A stretch of DNA of 64,000 nucleotides from an uncultured Rhodospirillales bacterium (lineage in GTDB: Bacteria > Pseudomonadota > Alphaproteobacteria > Acetobacterales > Acetobacteraceae): assembly GCA_903864895.1 (NCBI GenBank), contig CAIPHQ010000167.1, positions 277 through 64,276 on the forward strand, written 5' to 3'. The position numbers were made by a program, and so were the translations under genes. Under the pieces are notes generated by a model. It had not been told where the DNA came from. It saw only the letters and a program-made list of their open reading frames with translations, and ran no database searches. Below are positions 39,398 to 49,101 of this stretch, one piece after another. Positions within the stretch are counted from its first letter, which is position 1. Each line of letters begins with the position of its first letter.

Positions 39398-39435
39398 GTG
39401 ATTGCGGCGACAGCCCTGCCGTACGCCGCAATCAC
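39398..39435. promoter_or_regulatory. perfect 12-bp inverted repeat upstream of the small lipoprotein gene
   Basis: gtgattgcggcg (39398-39409), 14 nt, then cgccgcaatcac (39424-39435). It lies between the stop of the upstream MCP gene and the RBS of the lipoprotein gene, with no U-tract after it on the minus strand. Confidence 0.4.
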
Positions 39436-39496
39436 GCCAGAATTTTGGCCGTAACTTTACAACCGCTTCATGTGTTCGGCTATTTGGCTGGGCTTT

Positions 39497-41212
39497 TCAG
39501 GCCGCTGCCCGGGCCGGCGTTTCGCGCAGCGCGTCAACCACGGTTTGTTGAAGTCCGGCGACCAGCTTGGCCAGTTCGTCCGCGCCCGACCGCACCGCCG
39601 CCGCCTTTGCCCCGGTCTGTTCGGTTTCCGCTGAAACCTCGGCCACCCGCCCGGCGACCTCATGCGCGATGCCTTCGGTGGCGGCAATCAGCCGGGCGAT
39701 TTCGCGCGCCGCCGCATCCTGCTGGCGCACAGCGTCGGCGATGGACCCGGCAATCTGGTCCATGCCGCCGATGGTGGTTTCAATCCGCGCCACGGCAGCC
39801 GCGGCTTCCTCGGTGGCGGTGCGCACCTCGGCGATCTGGCCCGCGATCTCGTCGGTGGCGCGCGCGGTCTGGGCGGCCAGTTGTTTGACTTCGCTGGCCA
39901 CCACGGCGAAGCCCTTGCCCGCGTCACCGGCCCGCGCAGCCTCGATGGTGGCGTTCAGCGCCAGCAGATTGGTGCGCTGGGCGATCTCGGCGATCATCCC
40001 GGCCACTGCGCCGATGCGGCCCACGCGGCCGGTGAGTGCGTCAATACTCTCTCGCGTGCCACGCCCGGCGGCCACGGCGTCCGCGCCGACGCGGGTGGAC
40101 TGGGTCACGCGCTCACTGATGTCGGCGATGGCGGCGGCCAGTTCCTCGGCAGCCCCGGCCACGCCCTGCACGTTGCTGAGCGCGCCATCGGCCGCCTGCG
40201 CCGCCGCGCGGGCGTTGCCACCGGACCGCTGGGCGGCTTCGGCCATGCCATCGGCGATGCGCGCCAGTTCGCCGCCACCGGCCGCAACCTTGGCCGCCAC
40301 CGCATCGGTGGCGTGCTGCACCGTCTCTGTGGTGGCGGTGCGCAGCGCCTCCCGGTCCCGCTCGGCCTGCGCTGCGGCCTCGGCGGCGGCGGTGCGGGCT
40401 GCGGCGGCCTGCTGCGAGGCATCACGCAACGTCATCAGCGCGCGCGCCATCTGGCCCACCGAATCCGTCCGCCCGGTATGCGGCACCGTCACGTCCAGCG
40501 CACCGCCGGCCAGTCGCGTCATCACCCCGGCCAGTTGCCCCAGCGGGCGCAGCGCGCGGCGGATCAGCCAGCCGAGGATCAGCGCCACGGCCAAGGCCGC
40601 CACCGCCCCGCCGATTTCGGCGCGGCGCAACACACTGTCCACCGCCGCGTCCACGGCGGCGAGCCGGACACCCACGAACAGAATACCCACCCGCTTGCCC
40701 GCCGCGTCGAACACCGGCTCGTACACGGTCAGATGCGGCGTGCCCAGAATGATGTTCTGGCCACGATAGGTCTTGCCCTGTCCCACCACGCTGTCGAACG
40801 CGGGGCCTGCGGCCAGCGGCGTGCCCACCGCCCGCGCGCCGTCCGGTTTCTGCACGTTGGTGGCGATGCGCGTGGTATCCTGAAAGATCGTCGCCACCGC
40901 CCCGGTGACGGATTTCACGTCATCGGCGATGTCATTGCGCCCGGCCAGCGGCGTACCGCCCAACACCAAGCCGCGCGCGTCCTGCATCCATTCGTGGCCC
41001 AGCGGGGCGAGGCGCTGGTGCAGCAATGCGAGGCTCGCATCAAGTTGTGCCTGTGCCTGCTCGCGGCTGGCATCCTCCACCGCGCTCAGCGTCCAGACCT
41101 GCACCAGTGCGACAGATACTGCCATTGCGGCCAGTGACAGCACCATCAAACGTGCCACCAACCCCATGCGGCCGATTGCCCGGCCGACCGATCCCAACAC
41201 CATACCAGCCAC
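39497..41212 (-). CDS. methyl-accepting chemotaxis protein with single-Cache-like periplasmic sensor
   Basis: 571 aa. The periplasmic region ..[41 protein letters not shown].. is sCache-like. HAMP domain. MCP hairpin ..[28 protein letters not shown].. Confidence 0.85.
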   Translation of the reverse strand: MAGMVLGSVGRAIGRMGLVARLMVLSLAAMAVSVALVQVWTLSAVEDASREQAQAQLDASLALLHQRLAPLGHEWMQDARGLVLGGTPLAGRNDIADDVKSVTGAVATIFQDTTRIATNVQKPDGARAVGTPLAAGPAFDSVVGQGKTYRGQNIILGTPHLTVYEPVFDAAGKRVGILFVGVRLAAVDAAVDSVLRRAEIGGAVAALAVALILGWLIRRALRPLGQLAGVMTRLAGGALDVTVPHTGRTDSVGQMARALMTLRDASQQAAAARTAAAEAAAQAERDREALRTATTETVQHATDAVAAKVAAGGGELARIADGMAEAAQRSGGNARAAAQAADGALSNVQGVAGAAEELAAAIADISERVTQSTRVGADAVAAGRGTRESIDALTGRVGRIGAVAGMIAEIAQRTNLLALNATIEAARAGDAGKGFAVVASEVKQLAAQTARATDEIAGQIAEVRTATEEAAAAVARIETTIGGMDQIAGSIADAVRQQDAAAREIARLIAATEGIAHEVAGRVAEVSAETEQTGAKAAAVRSGADELAKLVAGLQQTVVDALRETPARAAA

Positions 41213-41322
41213 TCCCGCAGATGCGCGGCGTCAGGATGCGGGGCGGGGCTTACGATTCGGTTTACCGGACCCGCTGCCCGGCCCACTGGCGCGCCAGGCG
41301 CAGGCGCGGCATTGCTCGCGCC

Positions 41323-42561
41323 ATGTCCGATCCCACCCGCGAGACCGCCTTCGCCCTGCTCACCGCCGTGTTCGACCGGCACCGCCCGCTGGAGGAGGCG
41401 CTGGATGCGCTGCCGCCCACCGATGCGCGCGACCGTGCCGCCGGGCACCGTCTGGCCGCCGCCGTGCTGCGCCACGCAGGCACGCTGGATGCGGCGCTGG
41501 AGCCGTTCCTGAACAAGGCCCCGCCCGGCCCGGTGCGCCACGTGCTGCGCATCGGTGCCGCCGGGCTGCTGCTGCTGGAAACCCCCGCCCATGCCGGGGT
41601 GGCCACCGCTGTGGCGCTGGCCCGCTCGCAGGGGCTGGCGCCGTTCGCGGGCATGGTCAACGCGGTCTTGCGCCGCGTGTCCGAACAGGGGGCCGCCGCG
41701 CTGGAAGGGCTGGACGGCCCGCGGTTGGACACGCCCGGCTGGCTCTGGAGCGCGTGGGGCAAGCAGGCGCGCGGCATTGCCGAGGCACATTGCACCGAAG
41801 CGCCGCTGGATCTGTCCCTGATGCCGGGTGCCGAGGCTCCGCCCGGCGGTGGGGCGCTGCCCACCGGATCGTGGCGCTATCCGGCCGGCACCCGCGTCGC
41901 CGAACTGCCCGGGTTCGCCGAAGGTGCGTTCTGGGTGCAGGACGCCGCCGCCGCCTTGCCCGCCCGTCTGCTGGGCGTGCGCCAAGGTGAGCGGGTGGCC
42001 GACCTGTGTGCCGCCCCCGGCGGCAAGACCGCGCAACTGGCCGCAACCGGCGCGCATGTGACGGCCGTCGAGCACAGTCCGGCGCGTCTGGCCCGCTTGC
42101 AGGAAAACCTCACCCGCCTGCGCCTGACGGTCGAGACGGTGAACGCCGATGCCACCCTGTGGCAACCCGGCGAGACCTTCGATGCCGTGCTGCTGGACGC
42201 GCCGTGCAGCGCCACCGGCACCGCGCGGCGGCATCCGGACGTGCTGCACCTGAAGCGCCCGCGCGACATCGGCGCACTCGCTGCCCAGCAAGACCGGATG
42301 CTGGATGCTGCTGCGGCCATGCTGAAGCCGGGCGGATGGCTGGTCTACGCCGTGTGCTCGTTGCAGCACGAGGAAGGCCGCGACCGCGCCACCGCCGCAC
42401 AGGCGCGGCTCGGCCTGCGCACGCTGCCGGTGATGCCGGAGGACGTGCCGGGGCTGGCCGAGGCGATCACGCCGGAAGGCTGGCTGCGCACCCTGCCGTC
42501 AATGTGGCCCGAGCGCGGCGGCATGGACGGGTTTTTTGCCGCGCGCTTCGTCAAGCCGTGA
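41323..42561 (+). CDS. rsmB: 16S rRNA (cytosine-C5)-methyltransferase RsmB/Sun family
   Basis: ATG 41323. NusB-like N-terminus. SAM motif DLCAAPGGKT, then DAPCSATG and the catalytic VYAVCS. Confidence 0.8.
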   Translation: MSDPTRETAFALLTAVFDRHRPLEEALDALPPTDARDRAAGHRLAAAVLRHAGTLDAALEPFLNKAPPGPVRHVLRIGAAGLLLLETPAHAGVATAVALARSQGLAPFAGMVNAVLRRVSEQGAAALEGLDGPRLDTPGWLWSAWGKQARGIAEAHCTEAPLDLSLMPGAEAPPGGGALPTGSWRYPAGTRVAELPGFAEGAFWVQDAAAALPARLLGVRQGERVADLCAAPGGKTAQLAATGAHVTAVEHSPARLARLQENLTRLRLTVETVNADATLWQPGETFDAVLLDAPCSATGTARRHPDVLHLKRPRDIGALAAQQDRMLDAAAAMLKPGGWLVYAVCSLQHEEGRDRATAAQARLGLRTLPVMPEDVPGLAEAITPEGWLRTLPSMWPERGGMDGFFAARFVKP

Positions 42562-42616
42562 CGTGCCGCCCGGTGATTGCTTGTGCGCGGCGGAGTCGGG
42601 TGGCTAGAAACCGGCC

Positions 42617-43291
42617 ATGACCGTTCCCGCATCCCGGCACGTTGTGATCGCCCCGAGCATTCTGGCCGCCGATTTTTCGCGATTGCGCGAGGAAGTGCAG
42701 GCGGTGGCGGCGGCTGGCGCGGACTGGCTGCATCTGGATGTGATGGACGGGCATTTCGTGCCCAACATCACTTTCGGCCCGGCGCTGATCCGCAGCCTGC
42801 GCCCGCACTGCAAGCTGCCGTTCGACGTGCATCTGATGATCGCACCCGCCGAGCCCTATCTGGCCGCGTTCGCCGAGGCCGGGGCCGACCATATCCTGGT
42901 GCATCCGGAATCCGGCCCGCATCTGCACCGCTCGCTGCAGACCATTCGCGGTCTGGGCAAAAAGGCCGGCGTGGTGCTCAATCCGGCGACGCCAATCGAT
43001 TCGGTGGCGTGGGTGATGGATCTGGTCGATGTGGTGCTGGTGATGGGGGTCAATCCCGGATTTGGCGGACAGAGCTTCCTTGACAGCCAGTTGCCGAAAA
43101 TCGCCGCGTTGCGCCGTATCATCGACGCCACGGGGCGGCATATTCCGCTGGAAGTCGATGGCGGCATCAGCCTTGCCACCGCCGCCCGGGTGCGGGACGC
43201 CGGGGCGGATGCGCTGGTGGCGGGCACCGCGATCTTTGCCGCGCCGGACTATGCGGCTGCCATAACCGGCCTGCGGGGCGGGAGCGCCTGA
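42617..43291 (+). CDS. rpe: ribulose-phosphate 3-epimerase
   Basis: [32 protein letters not shown] and VDGGI. Confidence 0.95.
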   Translation: MTVPASRHVVIAPSILAADFSRLREEVQAVAAAGADWLHLDVMDGHFVPNITFGPALIRSLRPHCKLPFDVHLMIAPAEPYLAAFAEAGADHILVHPESGPHLHRSLQTIRGLGKKAGVVLNPATPIDSVAWVMDLVDVVLVMGVNPGFGGQSFLDSQLPKIAALRRIIDATGRHIPLEVDGGISLATAARVRDAGADALVAGTAIFAAPDYAAAITGLRGGSA

Positions 43292-44889
43292 TGGCGGACG
43301 GGCCGAAAACCTGGCTGCGGGACGCACGCCGCTCGCTGGCCCGGATGCCCAGCCTGCGCATGGCCCGTGTGCCCGACGCGCCCGCGCTGCCGGTGCGCGA
43401 CCCTTGGCCGGGCGACCCGCAGCGCGGGGCCAATCTGCTGAAGCAGGAAATCGAGATTTCGGGCAGCGCCGGGCGGCTGGTGCCGGGGGCGATGTCGTCC
43501 ATCGGTGGCTCGGCGGTGCTGCGCGCCTATGCCCACAGCTTCGTGTGGCTGCGCGACCTGCGCGGACTCGGCTCGGACGCGGCGCGGGTGCGGTGCCGCG
43601 CGCTGGTGCAGGAATGGATTGCCGACAGTGCGCTCGACCCGCTGGCCGAGCGCCCTGACGTGATGGGCGCGCGCATCGCGGCGTGGCTGGGGAACTACGA
43701 CTTCTTCGCCGCCAGCGCCGATGATGTGTTCCGCCAGCGCCTGATGGCCCGCCTGATGGCCGATGCGCGCACCCTGTCCACCCTGCTGCCCGCCGAGGAA
43801 CTCGACGCCCGCGCGCTGACCGCCGTGAAGGGGTTGATCGCGGCGGCGGTGGCGCTGCCGGAAAATACCGGGTTTCTGGCCCGCGCGCTGCGCGTGCTGC
43901 CGCAGGAAATCGCCCGGCAGGTGCTGCCCGATGGCTGCCATTGTGAGCGCAGCCCGGCGCAGTTGCTGGCGGCGTTGCAGGATCTGACCGAAATCCGCGC
44001 CCTGTTGCAGGCGGCGCAGGCCATGCCGCCGGTCTCGCTGGCCAATGCCATCGAACGCATGGCCCCGGCATTGCGCGGCCTGCGCCACGGCGATGGCGGT
44101 CTCGCGCTGTTCAACGGCAGCAAGGAAGACAGCCCGGCGCTGATCGAGTTGGTGCTGGCGCAGGCGGGCCGCGCCGGGCGCGCGCCGATGGCCTTGACCG
44201 AGGGCGGGTTTCACCGGTTGCAGGCGGGCAAGACCGTGCTGATCGCCGATTGCGGCCCGCCCGCGCCGCCCAAGCTGGACCGCTACGCCCATGCCGGCAC
44301 GCTGTCGTTTGAACTGTCGGTGGGCCGGGAGCGCATGATCGTCAATGTCGGCGCGGCGCCGGCGGGCGGCCCGGAATGGCGCACGGCCACCCGCGCTACG
44401 GCGGCGCATTCCACCCTGACGATCGCCGATACCTCATCCTCGGAACTCAAGCCCGATGGGCTGGGGCGGCGGGCGGAGAAGGTGGAGGTGCAGCATCAGG
44501 ACGCCAGCGGCGCGCACTGGCTGGAAGCCAGCCATGACGGCTACGAACGCCCGTTCGGCGCCGTCCACCGCCGCCGCCTGTATCTGAGCAAGAGCGGTGA
44601 CGATGTGCGCGGCGAAGACGTGGTGGAGGCGGCAGATCCGCAACCGTTCACGTTGCGCTTTCACCTGCACCCGGATGTCGATGCCAGCCTGCAGCAGGAT
44701 GGCGAGGCGGTGCTGCTGCGCCTGCCCTCCGGCAGCGGCTGGCGGCTGCGCGCCGATGGGGCACCGTTGGCGCTGGAAGAAAGCATCTATCTGGGCGGCC
44801 CGCAGCCGCGCAAAGCCGAACAAGTGGTGCTGACCGGCTATCAGGACGGCCCGCAACAGGTGAAATGGGCGATCAGCAAGGTGGGATGA
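43291..44889 (+). CDS. heparinase II/III-like family protein
   Basis: 532 aa. HxDxLSFEL-type block (HAGTLSFELS). Its position between rpe and purH matches the arrangement I recall in alphaproteobacteria. Confidence 0.6.
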   Translation: MADGPKTWLRDARRSLARMPSLRMARVPDAPALPVRDPWPGDPQRGANLLKQEIEISGSAGRLVPGAMSSIGGSAVLRAYAHSFVWLRDLRGLGSDAARVRCRALVQEWIADSALDPLAERPDVMGARIAAWLGNYDFFAASADDVFRQRLMARLMADARTLSTLLPAEELDARALTAVKGLIAAAVALPENTGFLARALRVLPQEIARQVLPDGCHCERSPAQLLAALQDLTEIRALLQAAQAMPPVSLANAIERMAPALRGLRHGDGGLALFNGSKEDSPALIELVLAQAGRAGRAPMALTEGGFHRLQAGKTVLIADCGPPAPPKLDRYAHAGTLSFELSVGRERMIVNVGAAPAGGPEWRTATRATAAHSTLTIADTSSSELKPDGLGRRAEKVEVQHQDASGAHWLEASHDGYERPFGAVHRRRLYLSKSGDDVRGEDVVEAADPQPFTLRFHLHPDVDASLQQDGEAVLLRLPSGSGWRLRADGAPLALEESIYLGGPQPRKAEQVVLTGYQDGPQQVKWAISKVG

Positions 44890-44973
44890 CGGATGGCAGC
44901 CGTTGCGCCTAGAGTGACGCCATGAGCCAACCGACTTTGCCCCACGCGTCGTTCGCCCCGGTCAAAGGCGTAC

Positions 44974-44993
44974 CCGGGCGCGATGCCCGGTTT
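44974..44993 (+). terminator. short hairpin plus TTT downstream of the heparinase-like gene
   Basis: ccgggc-gcgat-gcccgg followed by ttt. The stem is only 6 bp. Confidence 0.25.
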
Positions 44994-45216
44994 CAGCGCG
45001 AGGCAGCTGAAATCGCCGCGCCATCCGAGGCTTGAAGGAACATCCGTGCTGCTATCCGCCCGGTGTTCATGACGGCATTCAGGAATTGCCCACTCGGCGG
45101 CATCGGGTGCTTAACATCGTTACACCGGATACCGGGGATCATCGAACCGCCGGGGATATTCTTGTCATCCGGGTCTATGGCCCGGGCCAGGACCGCAGCA
45201 ACGCAACTGGTCTGCC

Positions 45217-46317
45217 GTGAAAATCATCGAAGTCACCAACGTCGATTTCTCGCTGCGGCATTTCCTGCTGCCGCTGATGCGCGGCTTGCGCGGGCGCGGG
45301 CACGAGGTGATCGGTGTGTCCGCCGATGGCCCGTTGCTGGACGTGGCGCGCGCCGAGGGTTTCCGGTGTGAGGCGCTGCCACTGGCGCGCAGCCTGTCGC
45401 CGGTGGCGCAGGCACGCGCGTTCTGGGCGCTGTACCGGCTAGTCCGCCGCGAACGGCCCGATATGGTCCACGCGCACATGCCGATCAGCGGCTTCCTTGC
45501 GCGTTTGGCCGCGCGTGCGGCGGGCGTGCCGCGCGTGGCCTATACCTGCCATGGTTTCCTGTTCAACCAGCCCGGAAAATGGCCGCGCCGCGCGGCGTCG
45601 CTGGTGATGGAGTTCATTGCCGGGCGGCTGACCGATACCTACATGACCGTCTCACTTGAAGAAGCGGCCGACGCGCGGCGGTTGCGCCTGCATCCGCGCG
45701 CCACCGGCATCGGCAATGGCCGCGACCCCGCCCGCTTCCACCCCGACCCCGAAGCCCGCGCCCGAATCCGCGCCGAACTTGGCGTGCCGGGGGATCGCGT
45801 GGTCGCCGCCGCCGTCTCCCGCCTCGTGCGCCACAAGGGCTACCCCGAACTGCTGGCGGCGATGCGTGATAACGATGCCGAGCTCTGGGTGGTGGGCGAA
45901 CGCCTCGCCTCCGACCACGGTGAGGACATGGAGCCGTATTTCGCGGCCAGCGGCCTCGCTGCCCGCCTGCGCCGCCTTGGCTACCGCGAGGACGTGCCTG
46001 CCATTCTGGCCGCCGCCGACATGTTCGTGCTGCCCAGCCATTTCGAAGGCCTGCCGATGTCGATCATCGAAGCCATGCTGACCGGCCTGCCGGTGGTGGC
46101 CACCGCCATTCGCGGACCGCGCGAACAGGTGGTGGAGGGTGAGACCGGGCTGCTGGTGCCGCCACAGCAATCCGCGCCGCTGGCCGTGGCACTGCGCCGC
46201 CTGACCGATGACGCCGCGCTGCGCGCCCGCATGGGGGAAGCCGGACGGGCGCGGGCGGTGGCGCTGTATGACGAGGCCAGCGTTGTGGCCCGCACACTGG
46301 ACCTGCTGGGGGCCTAG
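45217..46317 (+). CDS. glycosyltransferase family 4 (GT-B, group 1)
   Basis: GTG start. MKIIEVTNVDFSLRHFLLPLM... The C-terminal motif is PSHFEGLPMSIIEAMLTGLPVVAT...E.V..G.TG.LV. Confidence 0.8.
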   Translation: MKIIEVTNVDFSLRHFLLPLMRGLRGRGHEVIGVSADGPLLDVARAEGFRCEALPLARSLSPVAQARAFWALYRLVRRERPDMVHAHMPISGFLARLAARAAGVPRVAYTCHGFLFNQPGKWPRRAASLVMEFIAGRLTDTYMTVSLEEAADARRLRLHPRATGIGNGRDPARFHPDPEARARIRAELGVPGDRVVAAAVSRLVRHKGYPELLAAMRDNDAELWVVGERLASDHGEDMEPYFAASGLAARLRRLGYREDVPAILAAADMFVLPSHFEGLPMSIIEAMLTGLPVVATAIRGPREQVVEGETGLLVPPQQSAPLAVALRRLTDDAALRARMGEAGRARAVALYDEASVVARTLDLLGA

Positions 46318-46353
46318 CGTTATTGGCCCCGCTTTGATGTGCAGGACCCCCGC

Positions 46354-47928
46354 ATGACCGGCATTGCCCCCATCCGCCGCGCGCTGATTTCCGTCTCCGA
46401 CAAGTCCGGTCTGGTCGAATTTGCCCGCGCGCTGGCGGCCGGCGGCGTGGAAATCCTGTCCACCGGCGGATCGGCCAAGGCGCTGCGTGAGGCGGGGGTG
46501 CCGGTGGTGGAGGTCTCGGACCATACCGGATTTCCGGAAATCCTCGACGGACGGGTAAAAACGCTGGTGCCGCAGATCCATGGCGGCATTCTGGGCCGCC
46601 GCGACCTGCCCGAGCATGTGGCGCAGATGCAGGCGCACAGCATCGCGCCGATCGATCTGGTGGCGGTGAACCTGTACCCGTTCGAAGCCACCGTGGCGCG
46701 CGGGGCGGCGTTTGAGGACTGCGTGGAGAATATCGACATCGGCGGCCCGGCACTGATCCGCGCCGCCGCCAAGAACCATGATTTCGTCAGCGTGCTGACC
46801 GAACCGGCGCATTACGCCGAGGTGCTGGCCGAGTTTGCCGCGCATGGCGGCACCACGCTGGCGCTGCGGAGAATGCTGGCCGGGGCCGCCTATGCCCGCA
46901 CAGCTGCCTATGACGCAGCCATCGCCGCGTGGTTCGCGGCTCAGCGCGGGGTGACCTTCCCGCCGCGCCTGACCATCGGCGGCACTTTGCGCCAGACGCT
47001 GCGCTACGGCGAAAACCCGCACCAGCAGGCCGCGTTCTACGCCAGCGGCACCCGCCCCGGTGTGGCCACCGCCCGGCAGGTGCAGGGCAAGGAACTGTCC
47101 TACAACAACCTGAACGACACTGACGCCGCTTTTGAGTGCGTGGCCGAGTTCGACACGCCCGCCGTGGTCATCGTCAAGCACGCCAACCCCTGCGGCGTCG
47201 CCACGGCGGCGGCCTTGCCCGAGGCGTGGGCGGCGGCACTGCGCTGCGACCCTGTCTCGGCGTTCGGCGGCATCGTGGCGCTGAACCGCACGCTGGATGA
47301 AGCCACCGCCGAGGCGATTTCGGCGATCTTCACCGAAGTCATCGTCGCCCCCGATGCCACGGACGCGGCGCAGGCCGTGCTGGCGCGCAAGAAGAATGTG
47401 CGGCTGTTGCTGACCGGCGGGTTGCCGGATGCCACAGCACCCGGCCTGACCTTCCGCAGCCTGTCCGGCGGGATGCTGGTGCAGTCACGCGACGCCGGGC
47501 GCATCACGGCCGCCGGCCTGCGCGTGGTGACACAGCGCGTGCCCACTGAGGCCGAACTGGCCGACCTGCTGTTTGCCTTCCGCATCTGCAAGCACGTGAA
47601 ATCCAACGCCATCCTGTTCGCCAAGGGCGGGGCCACGGTGGGGGTGGGCGCCGGGCAAATGAGCCGGGTGGATTCGGCGCGCATCGCGTCCTGGAAAGCC
47701 GCCGAGGCGGCGCGCGCCGCAGGGCTGGATGCGCCGCTGACACACGGCAGCGTGGTGGCGTCGGACGCGTTCTTCCCGTTCGCCGACGGGCTGGAAGCCG
47801 TGATCGCCGCCGGGGCGACGGCGGTGATTCAGCCGGGTGGCTCGATGCGCGATGCCGAGGTGATCGCCGCCGCCGACGCCGCCGGGATCGCCATGGTGTT
47901 GACCGGGATGCGGCATTTCCGGCACTGA
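46354..47928 (+). CDS. purH: bifunctional AICAR transformylase / IMP cyclohydrolase
   Basis: [30 protein letters not shown] and [15 protein letters not shown] 46354 is preferred; the ORF is open from GTG 46339. Confidence 0.95.
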   Translation: MTGIAPIRRALISVSDKSGLVEFARALAAGGVEILSTGGSAKALREAGVPVVEVSDHTGFPEILDGRVKTLVPQIHGGILGRRDLPEHVAQMQAHSIAPIDLVAVNLYPFEATVARGAAFEDCVENIDIGGPALIRAAAKNHDFVSVLTEPAHYAEVLAEFAAHGGTTLALRRMLAGAAYARTAAYDAAIAAWFAAQRGVTFPPRLTIGGTLRQTLRYGENPHQQAAFYASGTRPGVATARQVQGKELSYNNLNDTDAAFECVAEFDTPAVVIVKHANPCGVATAAALPEAWAAALRCDPVSAFGGIVALNRTLDEATAEAISAIFTEVIVAPDATDAAQAVLARKKNVRLLLTGGLPDATAPGLTFRSLSGGMLVQSRDAGRITAAGLRVVTQRVPTEAELADLLFAFRICKHVKSNAILFAKGGATVGVGAGQMSRVDSARIASWKAAEAARAAGLDAPLTHGSVVASDAFFPFADGLEAVIAAGATAVIQPGGSMRDAEVIAAADAAGIAMVLTGMRHFRH

Positions 47929-47938
47929 AAGCGGAGAG

Positions 47939-49027
47939 TTACTGAGGCGTCGGCTGGACCACCCGGCTTATGGCCGCCGCAAATCGCGCTGCGAATGCTT
48001 CGTTGCTGAACTTCGCCTCCACCATCAAGCGCGCCTCTGCGGCAAGCGCGGAAGCCCTCGCAGGGGCGGCGCGCAATGCAACAATTGCGTCCCGCAGGCT
48101 TGCCGGGTCGTTGGGTGGCACAACCACCGCAGTCGCATCGGCCACGTAGAAATCGCTGATCGGAGGGTTTTCCGAAACGATCAGCGGCACACCCATCGCC
48201 ATTGCTTCCAGCATTGAACTGACACCGCTGCAATTTAAAGTGCGGTGCAATGGTACGACGCAGATACTTGCCGAACCATACAATGCACGGAGCTCAATGA
48301 AGCTTATGCGATTGCTGATGTGTGTTATTCGTGCCCGCCCTGGACGGCGCTGGGGTGCCTTGCTGGTCCGGAAAATGACGTCGATGTCCAGGTCACTGAC
48401 CGCTTCCAGCAGCGTCTCGAAATCCCTTCCGGAGTCGTCACCGATCACGACCAGCGGTCCATCCGGATTCCAGATACCCGGGACATAGAAACCAGAGTCG
48501 ACGGAATGGCCAATTACGGTGGCATTGGTGCGATTGTAATGTTCATGAAGATAAGCTGCATGATACTCGCTTAGCACAAAAAAATGGTCCACCCGCGGGA
48601 ATGTCGCGCGCTGCATCATCAGCCTCGGCAGCCAAGTTTGGGTGGGAACCAAATCCCACATGGCAATCTTGGCTTTGAAACTCACGAGTTTGCGTAACAT
48701 CAATGGTACCACTGCGCCGGCTTCGAGAACGGTTAGCACCATGTCGAACCGGCGAAAGTTCACCAGAAGTTCGAGTCCGCGAATTGGGTCAAAACCGGTG
48801 TAGAGGGAAGGCAAGCCTCGCGTCAGGCGCTGAGTGAATGCGCTCGGGTCCACCAACGTCATTTCCACGCCATGCAGGCGCATTTCCCGAAATACCGCCA
48901 ACGGGTCCGGGCCCGACCCGCTGCGATATGCATCCCACCCGCCGCGCCATGGAACCGGTGGCGCTACGGCGACCTTAATCGGGCGGAAATTTGTTGCTTT
49001 TAACTCCAGCATATATGCCGCGATCAA
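47939..49027 (-). CDS. glycosyltransferase (GT4-like), compositionally atypical
   Basis: C-terminal GT-B motif [29 protein letters not shown]. Hand-counted GC is 31/60 (48241-48300) and 28/60 (48541-48600), against about 43-44/60 in neighbouring genes. Confidence 0.7.
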   Translation of the reverse strand: MIAAYMLELKATNFRPIKVAVAPPVPWRGGWDAYRSGSGPDPLAVFREMRLHGVEMTLVDPSAFTQRLTRGLPSLYTGFDPIRGLELLVNFRRFDMVLTVLEAGAVVPLMLRKLVSFKAKIAMWDLVPTQTWLPRLMMQRATFPRVDHFFVLSEYHAAYLHEHYNRTNATVIGHSVDSGFYVPGIWNPDGPLVVIGDDSGRDFETLLEAVSDLDIDVIFRTSKAPQRRPGRARITHISNRISFIELRALYGSASICVVPLHRTLNCSGVSSMLEAMAMGVPLIVSENPPISDFYVADATAVVVPPNDPASLRDAIVALRAAPARASALAAEARLMVEAKFSNEAFAARFAAAISRVVQPTPQ

Positions 49028-49101
49028 AATTACATTTACACGTTATCATATGCAGAAAATGGCATCAATGCCGCTGGGTCAGCCTGTAGGCTGTATCCAG
49101 C

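Noticed and set aside
33690-39990. Two ~90-nt stretches (about 33690-33780 and 39905-39990) sharing a 33-nt identical core ctcgatggtggcgttcagcgccagcagattggt
   Set aside because: Both encode the ultra-conserved MCP signalling hairpin ([14 protein letters not shown]) of two paralogous chemoreceptors. This is conservation of a protein motif, not a mobile or regulatory repeat.
35278-41137. ORFs 35278-36660 (+), 36848-38253 (+), 39567-40769 (+) and 39662-41137 (+)
   Set aside because: All are antisense to genes with strong signatures (HupE-like, TPR, DUF4331, MCP). No RBS or motifs, and extreme Arg/Ala content.
44922-45035. 37-aa ORF MSQPTLPHASFAPVKGVPGRDARFQREAAEIAAPSEA in the spacer after the heparinase-like gene
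   Set aside because: No Shine-Dalgarno and no recognisable features. It overlaps the putative terminator hairpin and cannot be supported from sequence alone.
44890-46353. Possible ZTP (pfl) riboswitch upstream of purH
   Set aside because: Only about 35 nt separate the GT4 stop from the purH ATG. The 327-bp spacer further upstream has CCGCCCGG-like fragments but lacks the GGGTCGTGACCGGC / ACCGGGCGGA / CCGCCTGGGC arrangement.
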